A stretch of 45,113 bases of DNA from Akkermansiaceae bacterium (GCA_012032235.1 JAAURL010000001.1:1-45113), one strand, 5' to 3'. Counted from the first letter of the stretch, positions 19,814-30,295 are shown. Notes: generated by a model from the letters alone, not told the origin. Numbers and translations are program-made.

Positions 19814-22360
19814 TTATGAAGCGGTGAAGGCTGCGTGGGTGAAAAATTCCCAGCTGAGTTGTTCGTGAACCGCGGGAAGATCTTTACGGAGTTGACTGAT
19901 GAAGTCTTTGAGCTGGGAGAGGATGAGCGCTTCGTTTTGCGCGTCGTTGGCTTGGAGCACTTCTGTCTGGAGGTAGTTGAGGGCTTTGCGGATGGTGCGG
20001 TGTGCAGGACGGAGGACGAGGGTATCTTTCGGCGGAGGGAGCTCACAAAAAGACTGGTCCAAATCCGCCAATTGGTAGGCGAGGCTACGAGGGTTTTGGG
20101 GATCGAAGAGGATCAAATCTAGCGCAGGGAGAGGCTGGGGAGCACCTTGATAACGGAAGCGATAAGTCATGGTGCAATCCGAGATGGAAAGCATCGCGTC
20201 AAGGAGCGGCGGCGTGAGCACGGAATGATCTGCCATCATTTGTTCAACAATCGTAACGAGCCAGGAACTACGCTCGATGCGGCGACCGATATTGAGAAAG
20301 CGCCAACTTTCGCTGCGGGTGATGTTTTCACGGCAGGTGCCATTGAAGGCGGAGTGAAGGAGGATCGCTTGCTGTAAAGGAGAGCGGAAAGAAGAGAGAA
20401 CCCGCGGCGGGACGGTGCGGACGAGACCATCCAAATTTTGAATAATTCTCCACGTTTCATTCGATAGTCGGTCTCTTGAATGAGCGGCAAGATTCAACAA
20501 ACGGGTGAGGTTTTGCGGAACTGAGTCGAAGCTCGGAGGCCGGACACGGTTTGTTTCGAAAAATGCCTCGGTGAGGTCTTCCAGCAGTTGCTTGTGGTCG
20601 ATCAGGGCGGTGTAGGCCTCGGCGCGGGATTTCTCGATATAATTGAGTTTTCCGAGGGTTTTGATGAGTGGAGGAATGGCGGGAAGTTCGAGATTATCCT
20701 GTTCTGCCACGGCAGTGAGGACGATTTCTAGCAGGACGCGAGTGGCGTATTCGGAGCGCTCTGAGTAGCGTCCGATCCACAGCATGTTATCCGCCGCGTG
20801 GCTGGAGAGGGTGCCGCTTTTGCGTAGGACGGAAACCCGGCTGGGAATGTTGGTGATGAGCTTGTTAGGCTTATCTGCGGTGGAGCAAATCCAGAGATCT
20901 TTGCTGCTGGTGTTTTCGTGCAGTGATAGGCCGGGTAGCGCTTCGGCCTGGGAGGCGGCACGGACTAGGCCGCCGGGCATCACATGGTAAGTTCCATTTT
21001 CAGCAAATAAGAAAAGCCGGATCGCCACGGGGCGTGGCTCGATGCGGTTGCCTGTCCACGAGGGAGCTGTGGAAAACGGCATTTCCCGCTGGATGACGTA
21101 ACGGGCGGGATCTGCCTGGATGTTTTGCTTTAGCTTTTCGAGTTGGGAGGGATTGAGCTGACGGGTGATGATCGGTTGGAAAAGTTTCCTTGAATACGCG
21201 CTTTTGACGACGAGTGATTCGGATCTGAGCCGCTGGACCAGATCCTGCATCGGTTCGTGATAAGCCGTCTCTATCGAAGGGATGTGGAGATTCTCACCGA
21301 GGAAAAATTTAGAGATTTCCGGGAGATAGGGCAGCAATGCGGGAGCCTCGACTAAGCCTGTGCCGGGAGGATTGACGATGGTGACATTTCCAGAGTGGAT
21401 CACCTGCATCAGGCCGGGAACGCCGTGGTAATTTGACGTCGGCGTATCAAGGGGATCGGCGTCATTGCTTTGGATGCGGCGGATCAAAACATGGACCATT
21501 TGCAGGCCACGCACGGTTTTCAGGTAGAGCCGATCATTGCGAACGGTCAGCTCGCTACCGACAGCTAGGGTGATGCCGAGGTAGCGGGTGAGAAAAGCGT
21601 CTTCAAAGTAAGTCTTATCTCCAGCGCCGGGGGAAAGCATTACGATTTTAGGATCGTCGATCGATGGTGGGGCTAGCGACCTTAAGTTCGCGCTGAAATC
21701 TTGGAAGAACGAAGCCAGCCGGATCAGGTTCATCCGTTTTGATGTTTCCGGGAAAACATTCGATAGCACGATGCGGTTTTCCAGGGCAAAGCCTGTGCCA
21801 TTAGGAGCTTCCGCTCGATCCGCTAGGACGATCCAGTTGCCATTTGGTCCACGGGCGATGTCCACTGCGTAGAAAGAAAGCAATGGCGGATCGGAGAGCG
21901 GCCGATGGCTCATCGAGCGGTGATACTCCAGCTGAGAATAAAGAAAGGAATGCGGGAGAATCCCAGATTTGATGAGCTTTTGCGGCCCGTAGCAGTCTTT
22001 CAAAATATGGTCCAGCAGCGTCGCACGCTGAATGGCCGACTTTGAAAGGTGAGCCCATTCTTGCTGGGAGAGAACGAGTGGAATCGGGTCCAGATTCCAG
22101 CGTCGCAGCGATTCCGAAGAACTGGACATCAGGTCGAAGGAAATCCCGTTTTCACGCAGGATTTCCTCGCCACGTCGCCAGGCTGAGATCAGCCCCTTTT
22201 CGCCAAGCGCATTGATCCGGCTGGCAAAAGTTTTCCACAGCGCCCTGCCTTCTCCTGTCTGCTGAGTGTATTCATCAAAAATTCCCGCCTTGGGCTGATA
22301 GGACGCAAATAGTCCTTCGCCCTCTGGGGCATTGCCGGAACTTTGTGACTGGGAATACAT
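19814..22360 (-). CDS. Circularly permuted type 2 ATP-grasp protein fused to an alpha-E domain
   Basis: LDPIP, FALENR, GGLVR and SKDLW (ATP-grasp part); WIGRYSERSE and IGRRIER 'ER' motifs plus NPRSLAYQL (alpha-E part). Confidence 0.9.
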   Translation of the reverse strand: MYSQSQSSGNAPEGEGLFASYQPKAGIFDEYTQQTGEGRALWKTFASRINALGEKGLISAWRRGEEILRENGISFDLMSSSSESLRRWNLDPIPLVLSQQEWAHLSKSAIQRATLLDHILKDCYGPQKLIKSGILPHSFLYSQLEYHRSMSHRPLSDPPLLSFYAVDIARGPNGNWIVLADRAEAPNGTGFALENRIVLSNVFPETSKRMNLIRLASFFQDFSANLRSLAPPSIDDPKIVMLSPGAGDKTYFEDAFLTRYLGITLAVGSELTVRNDRLYLKTVRGLQMVHVLIRRIQSNDADPLDTPTSNYHGVPGLMQVIHSGNVTIVNPPGTGLVEAPALLPYLPEISKFFLGENLHIPSIETAYHEPMQDLVQRLRSESLVVKSAYSRKLFQPIITRQLNPSQLEKLKQNIQADPARYVIQREMPFSTAPSWTGNRIEPRPVAIRLFLFAENGTYHVMPGGLVRAASQAEALPGLSLHENTSSKDLWICSTADKPNKLITNIPSRVSVLRKSGTLSSHAADNMLWIGRYSERSEYATRVLLEIVLTAVAEQDNLELPAIPPLIKTLGKLNYIEKSRAEAYTALIDHKQLLEDLTEAFFETNRVRPPSFDSVPQNLTRLLNLAAHSRDRLSNETWRIIQNLDGLVRTVPPRVLSSFRSPLQQAILLHSAFNGTCRENITRSESWRFLNIGRRIERSSWLVTIVEQMMADHSVLTPPLLDAMLSISDCTMTYRFRYQGAPQPLPALDLILFDPQNPRSLAYQLADLDQSFCELPPPKDTLVLRPAHRTIRKALNYLQTEVLQANDAQNEALILSQLKDFISQLRKDLPAVHEQLSWEFFTHAAFTAS

Positions 22361-22490
22361 GATTTACTTGAGAGGAAACTGGGATCTGTGCGTGACGCTC
22401 ACAAGCCGGATTTTTGGATTATCAATCTAGGGCTCCTACACCAAGGATTGCTATTATGAAGAAATTGATACGAATCGGAAGAGTTTGAAC

Positions 22491-22514
22491 CGCCAAGCCG
22501 CCAAGAACGCTAAG
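22491..22514. repeat. Short tandem CGCCAAG motif (REP-like remnant)
   Basis: CGCCAAG at 22491 and 22499, CGCTAAG at 22508. Confidence 0.45.
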
Positions 22515-22538
22515 TTTATAAAGAGGTTATCAAATTTA

Positions 22539-22781
22539 GTAACTGTTAAGGACCGCTGAGATGTCTCATCGAGATAAAAGAGGATCATGATTCCGCCCCG
22601 TCTTCAGCCACAACGTGGCGGAATGAGATAGCCCAGGGCAGAGCGAAGCGGCAGCCCTGGGATGGGAATTGGAAAATTTTCCCGAGCCCTGAAAGGGCGG
22701 AATGAATTCGTTGCGGATCATTTCTGGGGTCATCGTTTGATTTCGCCTCGGTGGGGCTGAAGATTCGTCCTGAATCGTTAC
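22539..22781. mobile_element. MITE with IS66-type termini and 8-bp target-site duplication
   Basis: Left end GTAACTGTTAAGGAC vs reverse complement of right end GTAACGATTCAGGAC (12/15). CAAATTTA flanks both sides (22531-22538 and 22782-22789). A homologous copy starts at 42765. Confidence 0.85.
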
Positions 22782-22793
22782 CAAATTTAAAGA

Positions 22794-25700
22794 CTACAAA
22801 TTCCGTCTCTGCAGATCCAGAGTCATCGGATAATCTTTGGAAATCACCGGTTCTGCCGTGGATACTCGGCCCGGCGTTTTGTTCATCGTGAAAAACCGTG
22901 CCCGGCGGCGACTTTCCGCGACGTAGGCATTTAGTGGAAAATCATCATGGGCGCGTCCTCCTGGATGGACGACGTGATATTGGCAACCGCCGATGGAAAG
23001 TTGGTTCCATTGATCGATGATGTCGAAAGTCAGCGGGCCATCCGTGGGCAGAGTAGGATGGAGCGCGGAAAATGGACTCCAAGCACGATAGCGGACCCCG
23101 GCGACAAATTCTCCCTGGCGCCCGGTGGGGTGGAGCGGCACGGTGACGCCGTTGCAGGTGACGCGGTATCTTGGATCTTCAAAGCCGGAGACTTTCAGCT
23201 GCAGCCGTTCCACGGAGGAATCCACATAGCGGGAAGTTCCTTGGCTGGATTGCTCCTCGCCCAAGACGTGCCATGGCTCGATGGCTTGGCGCAGTTCCAG
23301 ATGGATATTCTTTTGCGAATACTCGCCGATGATCGGAAAGCGGAACTCCTGATGCGGAGCGAACCAGGCCGGGTCGAAATCCAGCCCGTGCTGGCGCAGA
23401 TCCTCGACGACATCCTGCATGTCTCCCTGCACAAAATGGGGTAACATCCATTTATCGTGCAGAGAAGTTCCCCAGCGCATCAGTTTTTCCTCATACGGCT
23501 GATCCCAAAACCGGGAAATCAACCCACGAATCAGTAATTGCTGCGCCAGCGACATTTCTGAGTGTGGTGGCATTTCAAAGCCTCGCAACTCCACCAAACC
23601 AAGCCGCCCAGTCGTGCTTCCGGGAGAAAATAGCTTATCAAGGCAGATTTCCGAGCGATGGGTATTTCCTGTCATGTCCACCATGTGATTTCGCAGGACG
23701 CGGTCCACCAGCCACTGGGTGTGATCCAGTGTGGTATCTCCCTTTGGCAATGTGGCAAAGGCAGTTTCCAATTCGTAAACCGACTCATGGCGCGTTTCAT
23801 CCAGCCGTGGTGCCTGAGAAGTCGGGCCGATGAATAATCCGGAAAAAAGGTATGACAACGACGGGTGATTGTTGAAATACGTAATGAGCGAAGGCAGCAA
23901 ACTGGGCCGCCGCAGGAAAGGAGAATCCAACGGAGTATCGCCACCCAGGACGATGTGATTTCCTCCGCCCGTGCCAGAGTGGCGGCCATCCTCCATGAAT
24001 TTTCCGTGCCCAAGCCCAGCTGGCGGGCTTCGTGATAAATCGTCCGTGTTTTGGAGACGAGCTGATCCCACGTTTTAGAAGGATGGATGTTCACCTCGAT
24101 CACTCCTGGATCTGGAGTGACGGCGAACGATTGCAGCCGTGGATCAGGAGGCGGACGATAGCCCTCCAGCCGCACGGGTGTTCCCATTTTACACGCCGTT
24201 TCCTCAATCGCGGATACCAGCTCCAGATACGATTCCGCCTGCGTCAATGGAGGCATGAAAATGTGCAGGCGCCCCTCCCGTGGCTCCACGCACAATCCCG
24301 TGCGGACCAGACCTGCCGCTGATTTCCCGGGAACTGGAGATTGGTAGGCAGCGGATTGCTCTCGTGGTGCTCCCTGGGGATTTCGGTCATCGCCACTGCG
24401 CTGACTGCGGACCTGGACGCTCACGGATTCATCGGCACGGCTCTCACGCAGGGCGTGTGGCAAAATCATTTCTGAAGGAAACGGCTGCCGCGGAATCGAT
24501 GGATCATACGGCTCTAAAATCGGTTGGTCGATCTGCGCTGCCCACGGCAGACCATCAATCGGGAGACGATAGCCCATCGGGTGATTTCCCGGGGCCAGCA
24601 GCATTTCCTCTCCCTGCAGGAACCAAGGCCCGGTGACCCATTCTGGCGCGCTGACTGCTCGGGCGATCGGGAGCAAATGCCCCACCATCGAGCCAAGCCC
24701 ATCGTCGAAAACCTTGGCCAACGTTTCCCGCTCCAGCCGATTCGCCAGGCGTGGGTCATTCACCGTCACATTCATCGGCAGGCGGCGTTCCTTCCACAGG
24801 TAGTAGAAAATGTCCTCGTAGCCCGCACGGATCGTATCACCGCCCAAGCCCAGATTTTTCGCGAGGAGCCGGATGAATTCTCCCGATTCCTTGCTGCCAT
24901 GGCCGTAGTGAATGCTGGGATCGGCAAATAGAGAGGTATCTTCCAGATAGGCACGCCGTCTTCGCGCCAGTAGGAAGTGTAGGCCCAGCGCGGGAGCGGC
25001 TCTCCCGGATACCATTTTCCTTGCCCGTGATGGAGAAATCCGCCTGGAGAAAAGTGATCATAGAGTTTTCTCAGCAGTTGGTCTGCGAAAATTCCCTTTG
25101 TCGGCCCCAGCGCATCGGTATTCCACTCTGCGGCTTCCATGTCGGTGGAGGAAACAAAAGTTGGCTCGCCTCCCATCGTCAGCCGGACATCTCGGGCGTG
25201 TAACCGCTGATCCAGCTCATACCCCAAAGCCTCAATTTTTTTCGCCTGTTCTGGCGAATAGGGTAAGGTCACCCGTGGCGTCTCCCGGATACGCTGCAGG
25301 CTCATTTCAAATTTAAACTCCGTTTCGATTTCCCGATCCGACAAAATCGCTCCGGAAATGGGAGCGGCATTTTTATAATGCGCCGCTGCACACAGCGGGA
25401 TGTGGCCCTCCCCTGCTAGCAAACCCGAAGTCGGGTCCAATCCCACCCAGCCCGCGCCAGGCAAATAAATCTCCGTCCACGCATGGAGGTCCGTGAAATC
25501 GACCACCGAACCTGCAGCTCCATCGCCAATCGGCTCTAAATCCGCCTTGAGCTGGATCAAATAACCCGAACAAAACCGCGCCGCGATCCCGAAATACCGC
25601 ATCACATGGACCAGCAACCATGCCGAATCCCGACACGACCCAGATCCCTTCGTCAGCGTCTCCGTCGGCGTCTGCACGCCTGGTTCCAGGCGGATTTCGT

Positions 25701-26175
25701 AGCGCACGGCATCATGCACGGCGCGATTCACCGCGACCATGAAATCATTCGTCTGCATTTCCGGCACCGCCGGGATCTGCGAGAAAAAGCGGTGAAATAC
25801 TCCGCCCTGTTTCGACTTTACCAGGAAAGGCTTCAGATCTTTCTCTAGGCTTTTCGGATAATGAAACAGCGCCTTCTGCGCGAATTCTTCTAGGAAAAAG
25901 TCAAACGGATTGATCGTCGTCATATCCGCGATCAAATCCACCTCGATGGAAAACTCCCGCACAGGCTCCGGGAAAACCACCCGCGCCAGAAAATTCCCCT
26001 GCGGGTCTTGCTGCCAATTGATGAAATGCTTCTCCGGCGTGATTTTTAGAGAATAAGAAGGAACCTCCGTCCGCGAATGAGACGCGGGCCGTAGCCGAAT
26101 CACCTGCGGTCCCAGCTGAACAGGTTCTTCATATTTGTAAGAGGTCAGGTGGTGTAGGGAGCAGTGAATTGGCAT
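22794..26175 (-). CDS. Transglutaminase + DUF2126 putative amidoligase fusion protein, frameshifts near 24942 and 23999
   Basis: GSCRDSAW, DLHAW and LDPTSG (transglutaminase); TMGGEPTFVS, GKWYPGE, TPDPGVIEVN, TGGGNH, GNTHR and VELRGFEMPPH (DUF2126). Three ORFs join at A-runs. Confidence 0.9.
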
Positions 26176-26371
26176 TGTGTAGGAAAATCTCAATCGTGGT
26201 CTAAGCGGAATGAATGCCACATCTGAGATTTCACCACAGTATTTTCAGAGTTTTGAAAATAGGTCTTTTTCGTGGAGCGACCTGGCAAAGCAGGCGCGTT
26301 GCCTTTTTCTGAAATTTCGAGAGACAAGATTGCCACCGGAGAGCTTTTAAGCGAGAAGACGTCCGCCGCCC

Positions 26372-28087
26372 ATGAATCAACTTTTGATCGAACCCGCTCG
26401 CCGCACCGGTTGCGAGGACATTCCCGCCCTGACTGAGGTGCTGCATCATTCTGCTCAACGCCAATGCTCTCCCATTGACGATTTGCTGGATTCGGGCGTG
26501 GTCGATGAAGAATCCTACATGCGGGAACTCGCTCATGATCTGCGGATTGAGTGGCTAGCCAGCATTCCAGCGGCAGAAGTTCCGCTCCCTTTGCGCGAAG
26601 CTTGCGGCCCGCGAGTAGCGCTGCGGCATCGGCTTTTACCCGTAGAAATTACCGGGGAGGGCGACCAAAAGCGGCTGAAATTAGCGACATTTGATCCATT
26701 TAATCTCGTCGCCCGCCAGGCCGCCGCGCAAGAGCTACAGCTGCCGGTCGACTGGTGCATGACTTCCCGCAAGCGGCTCTATGAAGCATTGCGCCGACTT
26801 TACGGGGTAGGTGCAGATACATTTGAACAAATCCTGGAAGGTCGCGATTTCGACTACGATCACCTAGACGCTGGCGAAGACGAGGCAAACGTCATCGACC
26901 AAGACGACGATGAGGAAGCCAGCGTGGTGAAATTCGTGAATCAAATCATTCGCGAGGCCCTGGACCAACGCGCGACGGATATCCACGTGGAGCCGCTGAG
27001 CACGAATCTCCGCATCCGCTACCGCATCGATGGCCGCTTGATCGAGGTGGCCGTCCCGGAAAATATCAAGGCGCTGCAAAGCTCCGTGATCGCGCGGTTA
27101 AAAATCATGGCGCGCCTAGACATCGCCGAGCGCCGCGTGCCGCAAGACGGACGCATCAATTTGCAATTTGAAGGAGCCACCATCGACGTCCGTGTCGCTA
27201 CCGTGCCGACCGTGGAGGGAGAAAGCGTTTCCCTACGTCTCCTCAACCAGGAGAAATTCAACATCGCGAAGCTGGGCATGGAGCCATTCGTGCTGAAGAA
27301 AATCGAGTCGATCCTGCATTTGCCGAACGGCATTATTCTGATCACCGGGCCCACCGGATCAGGAAAATCAACGAGTCTTTATTCCTTCCTCACCGAGGTC
27401 AATCACCCGGAACGCCGCATCGTCACCGTGGAAGACCCAGTGGAAAATAAGCTCACAGGCGTGATGCAGATCGCCGTGAAAAACGAGATCGGCCTGACGT
27501 TTGCTACCGCGCTGCGCTCCATTTTACGGGCGGACCCTAACATCGTCATGATTGGAGAAATCCGGGATTTGGAAACGGCGGAAATCGCGATCCGTGCCTC
27601 GCTCACAGGTCACTTGGTTTTCTCCACGCTACATACTAATGACGCGATGGGCGGCATCAGCCGTCTCGTCGATATGGGTGTGGAGCCGTTCCTCGTTTCT
27701 GCTGCGGTCCGCGCGTTCCTCGCTCAGCGCCTAGTTCGGAAGCTTTGCCCCGCCTGTAAAGTTCCGCGGGAGGTCAGTGATCAGGATCGCCACGATCTCG
27801 GCATTCCGCTCAACATTTTCGGCCAAGCCTATTCGCCAAAAGGCTGTGATCGCTGCCGAAATACCGGCTTCTCTGGCCGACTCGCCATTTACGAAATCAT
27901 CCTCCTCACCCAAGCGATGCAGGAGCTAGTCGTCCACCGCGCACCAGCCGTGGACATGAAAGCACAAGCGATTCGCGACGGCTACGTGCCAATGCGTGAA
28001 TACGGCTGGCACAAAGTCATGAAGGGAGAGACGACCATCGAAGAAGTCATTTCCGTAACCTCTTCTGACATTGGCGGCGGAGAATAA
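26372..28087 (+). CDS. gspE: Type II secretion / pilus assembly ATPase GspE/PulE
   Basis: ATDIHVEP, PQDGR, GPTGSGKST, TVEDPVE, LRADP, STLHTN and the CPAC...CDRC zinc site. Confidence 0.93.
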   Translation: MNQLLIEPARRTGCEDIPALTEVLHHSAQRQCSPIDDLLDSGVVDEESYMRELAHDLRIEWLASIPAAEVPLPLREACGPRVALRHRLLPVEITGEGDQKRLKLATFDPFNLVARQAAAQELQLPVDWCMTSRKRLYEALRRLYGVGADTFEQILEGRDFDYDHLDAGEDEANVIDQDDDEEASVVKFVNQIIREALDQRATDIHVEPLSTNLRIRYRIDGRLIEVAVPENIKALQSSVIARLKIMARLDIAERRVPQDGRINLQFEGATIDVRVATVPTVEGESVSLRLLNQEKFNIAKLGMEPFVLKKIESILHLPNGIILITGPTGSGKSTSLYSFLTEVNHPERRIVTVEDPVENKLTGVMQIAVKNEIGLTFATALRSILRADPNIVMIGEIRDLETAEIAIRASLTGHLVFSTLHTNDAMGGISRLVDMGVEPFLVSAAVRAFLAQRLVRKLCPACKVPREVSDQDRHDLGIPLNIFGQAYSPKGCDRCRNTGFSGRLAIYEIILLTQAMQELVVHRAPAVDMKAQAIRDGYVPMREYGWHKVMKGETTIEEVISVTSSDIGGGE

Positions 28088-28091
28088 TCAC

Positions 28092-28589
28092 ATGGAGAAC
28101 AAGTTTACCATTTATCTGGAAACGACGATCCCTAGCTTTCTGACAGCAAGGCCTTCCGGCGATCTTGTGATTGCTGGAAAACAGGAAGTCACGCGGCGTT
28201 GGTGGGAAGAGAGAAAAAATTTTTATCACATTGTGATTTCAGCCTTTGTTTTGGACGAAGCAGGTAGTGGCGATTCGCAGGCTGCAGCGCGTCGCTTAGA
28301 ATGTCTCGAAGAGTTTGAGCTTTTAGAGGCTGATGATGTGGTAGATGAGATAACCAAGGCTATTCTTGCTAGCGGTATTATTCCGCCAAAGGCAATAACC
28401 GACGCGGCACATATCGCTATCGCTTCCAGGCACGATGTAGATTTTCTGATGACTTGGAATTGCACGCACATTGCCAACGCTGAAATCATCCGCAAAATCG
28501 AAGTGATTGTTAGAAATTGCGGTTACAATATGCCTATTATTTGCACGCCAGATGAACTTTTTGGAGGAGGAACGAATGATGAAAACTGA
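28092..28589 (+). CDS. PIN-domain (VapC-like) protein
   Basis: IYLETTIPS, VLDE, DAAHIA and TWNCTHIAN acidic PIN motifs; lower GC than the flanking gsp genes. Confidence 0.85.
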   Translation: MENKFTIYLETTIPSFLTARPSGDLVIAGKQEVTRRWWEERKNFYHIVISAFVLDEAGSGDSQAAARRLECLEEFELLEADDVVDEITKAILASGIIPPKAITDAAHIAIASRHDVDFLMTWNCTHIANAEIIRKIEVIVRNCGYNMPIICTPDELFGGGTNDEN

Positions 28590-28758
28590 CTCTATCACCG
28601 CCGAAGTAAGAAAACATCGCCAAGCGATATTAGAAGCTCATGATTGGGACATTTCTAAATTGATTCGCGACATGGCAAATGATCCACGTTTCAAAAATCG
28701 AAAAGTCATCCCTGCTGCTCCTAGATCAAAAGCTAAGATTTTAAAGACCCCGCTGTGA
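28576..28758 (+). CDS. Small hypothetical protein, probable PIN partner (antitoxin-like)
   Basis: RBS GGAGGAGG before ATG 28576; overlaps the PIN stop; DSITAEVRKHR...HDWD resembles small proteins that follow this PIN type. Confidence 0.6.
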   Translation: MMKTDSITAEVRKHRQAILEAHDWDISKLIRDMANDPRFKNRKVIPAAPRSKAKILKTPL

Positions 28759-28761
28759 TTG

Positions 28762-28986
28762 ATGATGACTGATACTGAAATCCGCGTGAAGGGAGTTGCT
28801 GCCCTTTCTGAGTCGCTAGGTTCTGTGGAAGCAGAGCGCTTTATCGCTCTTATTCTGCGCGAACCATTCGACTATACCAAATGGCGGCAAAATCTTTTTG
28901 AGGATCATTCCATCCAAGACATTAGCGAAGCTGCAACGAGGCTGAGAAATGCTCAGGAGCCTCTCAGCGATAAAACAATCGCGTAG
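28762..28986 (+). CDS. Small hypothetical protein, antitoxin-like (EAERFI...DYTKWR family)
   Basis: TDTEIRVKG...LGSVEAERFIALILREPFDYTKWRQ; recognised from memory as a family usually next to PIN genes. Confidence 0.7.
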   Translation: MMTDTEIRVKGVAALSESLGSVEAERFIALILREPFDYTKWRQNLFEDHSIQDISEAATRLRNAQEPLSDKTIA

Positions 28987-28999
28987 TAATTTCTTCCCC

Positions 29000-30295
29000 A
29001 TGCCCCTCTTCGCTTACAAAGCCCTCGCTTCCAATGGTGCTGTCACCACGGGAGAAATCGACGCGACGGATCGCCCGGAAGCCTTGCGCGTTTTAGATCG
29101 TAAAGGCTTGCAGCCGGTTAATCTCAAGGAAACCGCAGCACCAGCGAAGAAAATCAACGAGAAAAAGCCTTCTGAGAAAACGAAAACCAAGCCCGAGCCA
29201 GTCGCGAGTCTCACCGCAAAAGCGGAAACGGATGAAAAGCCCATCCCTGAAGGCCCGATCAAGCTAAAGCGCGCCGAAGTCGTCCTTTTCACCGAAGAGC
29301 TTTCCGACATGCTCGGCGCAGGGCTTCAATTAGAACCGGCGCTCAAATCGATGGAAAATCGGCAGGAGCTAGGAAACCTGAAAGCGGTCTCCTTTAAAAT
29401 CCGGCAGATCGTCCGTGATGGAGTCAATTTCTCCGCAGCGCTGAAAAAAGTGAGTCCTAGTTTCGGCCCGCTGTATTGCTCCCTTGCAGCAGCTGGTGAA
29501 GCTTCTGGTGCGCTAGATGATATTTTAAAACGCCAGGCTCACTACCTAAAAACACTTGGTGAATTGCAAGCGCGCCTGATCTTGGCGATGATTTACCCGG
29601 CTTTCCTCATTCTAGCGGGTATCGGCGTTTCGATCGTTTTCGTCACCACGTTGATTCCGCAGCTCACCTCATTGATCGAGAGTAGCGGCGGGGAAATCCC
29701 TCTCGGCGCGGCGATCCTCATTGCGATCTCCGATTTCCTAAAAAAATGGTGGTTAGTCGTCCTGATCCTGATCGTCGCAGCAGGCATTTTCTTTAAAGCT
29801 TGGAAAGATAACGAGGCGAATAAACCTGCTTGGGATCGCATGAAGCTAAAGCTACCGCTGATGGGCCCTGTCATCACCAGCCGCTTCTACGTGCAGTTCC
29901 TGGAAACGATGGCGAACCTCGTCGGCAACGGCCTGCCGCTGCTGCGAGCCTTAGAACTCTCCCGCGATGCGACACAGAATCGCTCGCTCCGCAGCGCACT
30001 GGACCAAGTCATCGACCAAGTCGGCGATGGCCGCTCCTTTTCCAAAGCGCTCATCCGAAATGGCAATTTCCCCGCACTGCTCATCGACATGATTTCCGTA
30101 GGTGAGCAGACGGGGAAAATCGACCAATCCCTGCGTCGCGCGGCAGAGCGATACGACAAAGAATTGGATAAAAGCCTGCAACGGATCATGGCCTTGGTCA
30201 TGCCCACGGTGCTGATCATCATGGCCCTCCTCATCGGCACCATGGCCTATCTGATGATCAACTCCATCTTCCAGACCATCGAGGGAATGCGGTAA
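29000..30295 (+). CDS. gspF: Type II secretion system inner-membrane platform protein GspF
   Basis: MPLFAYKA start, AGEASGAL, AMIYP and VGEQTGKID; two T2SSF repeats with TM segments. Confidence 0.93.
   Translation: MPLFAYKALASNGAVTTGEIDATDRPEALRVLDRKGLQPVNLKETAAPAKKINEKKPSEKTKTKPEPVASLTAKAETDEKPIPEGPIKLKRAEVVLFTEELSDMLGAGLQLEPALKSMENRQELGNLKAVSFKIRQIVRDGVNFSAALKKVSPSFGPLYCSLAAAGEASGALDDILKRQAHYLKTLGELQARLILAMIYPAFLILAGIGVSIVFVTTLIPQLTSLIESSGGEIPLGAAILIAISDFLKKWWLVVLILIVAAGIFFKAWKDNEANKPAWDRMKLKLPLMGPVITSRFYVQFLETMANLVGNGLPLLRALELSRDATQNRSLRSALDQVIDQVGDGRSFSKALIRNGNFPALLIDMISVGEQTGKIDQSLRRAAERYDKELDKSLQRIMALVMPTVLIIMALLIGTMAYLMINSIFQTIEGMR

Noticed and set aside
22566-22784. 72-aa ORF inside the MITE
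   Set aside because: It lies within the repeat element and has no protein-like motifs; spurious.
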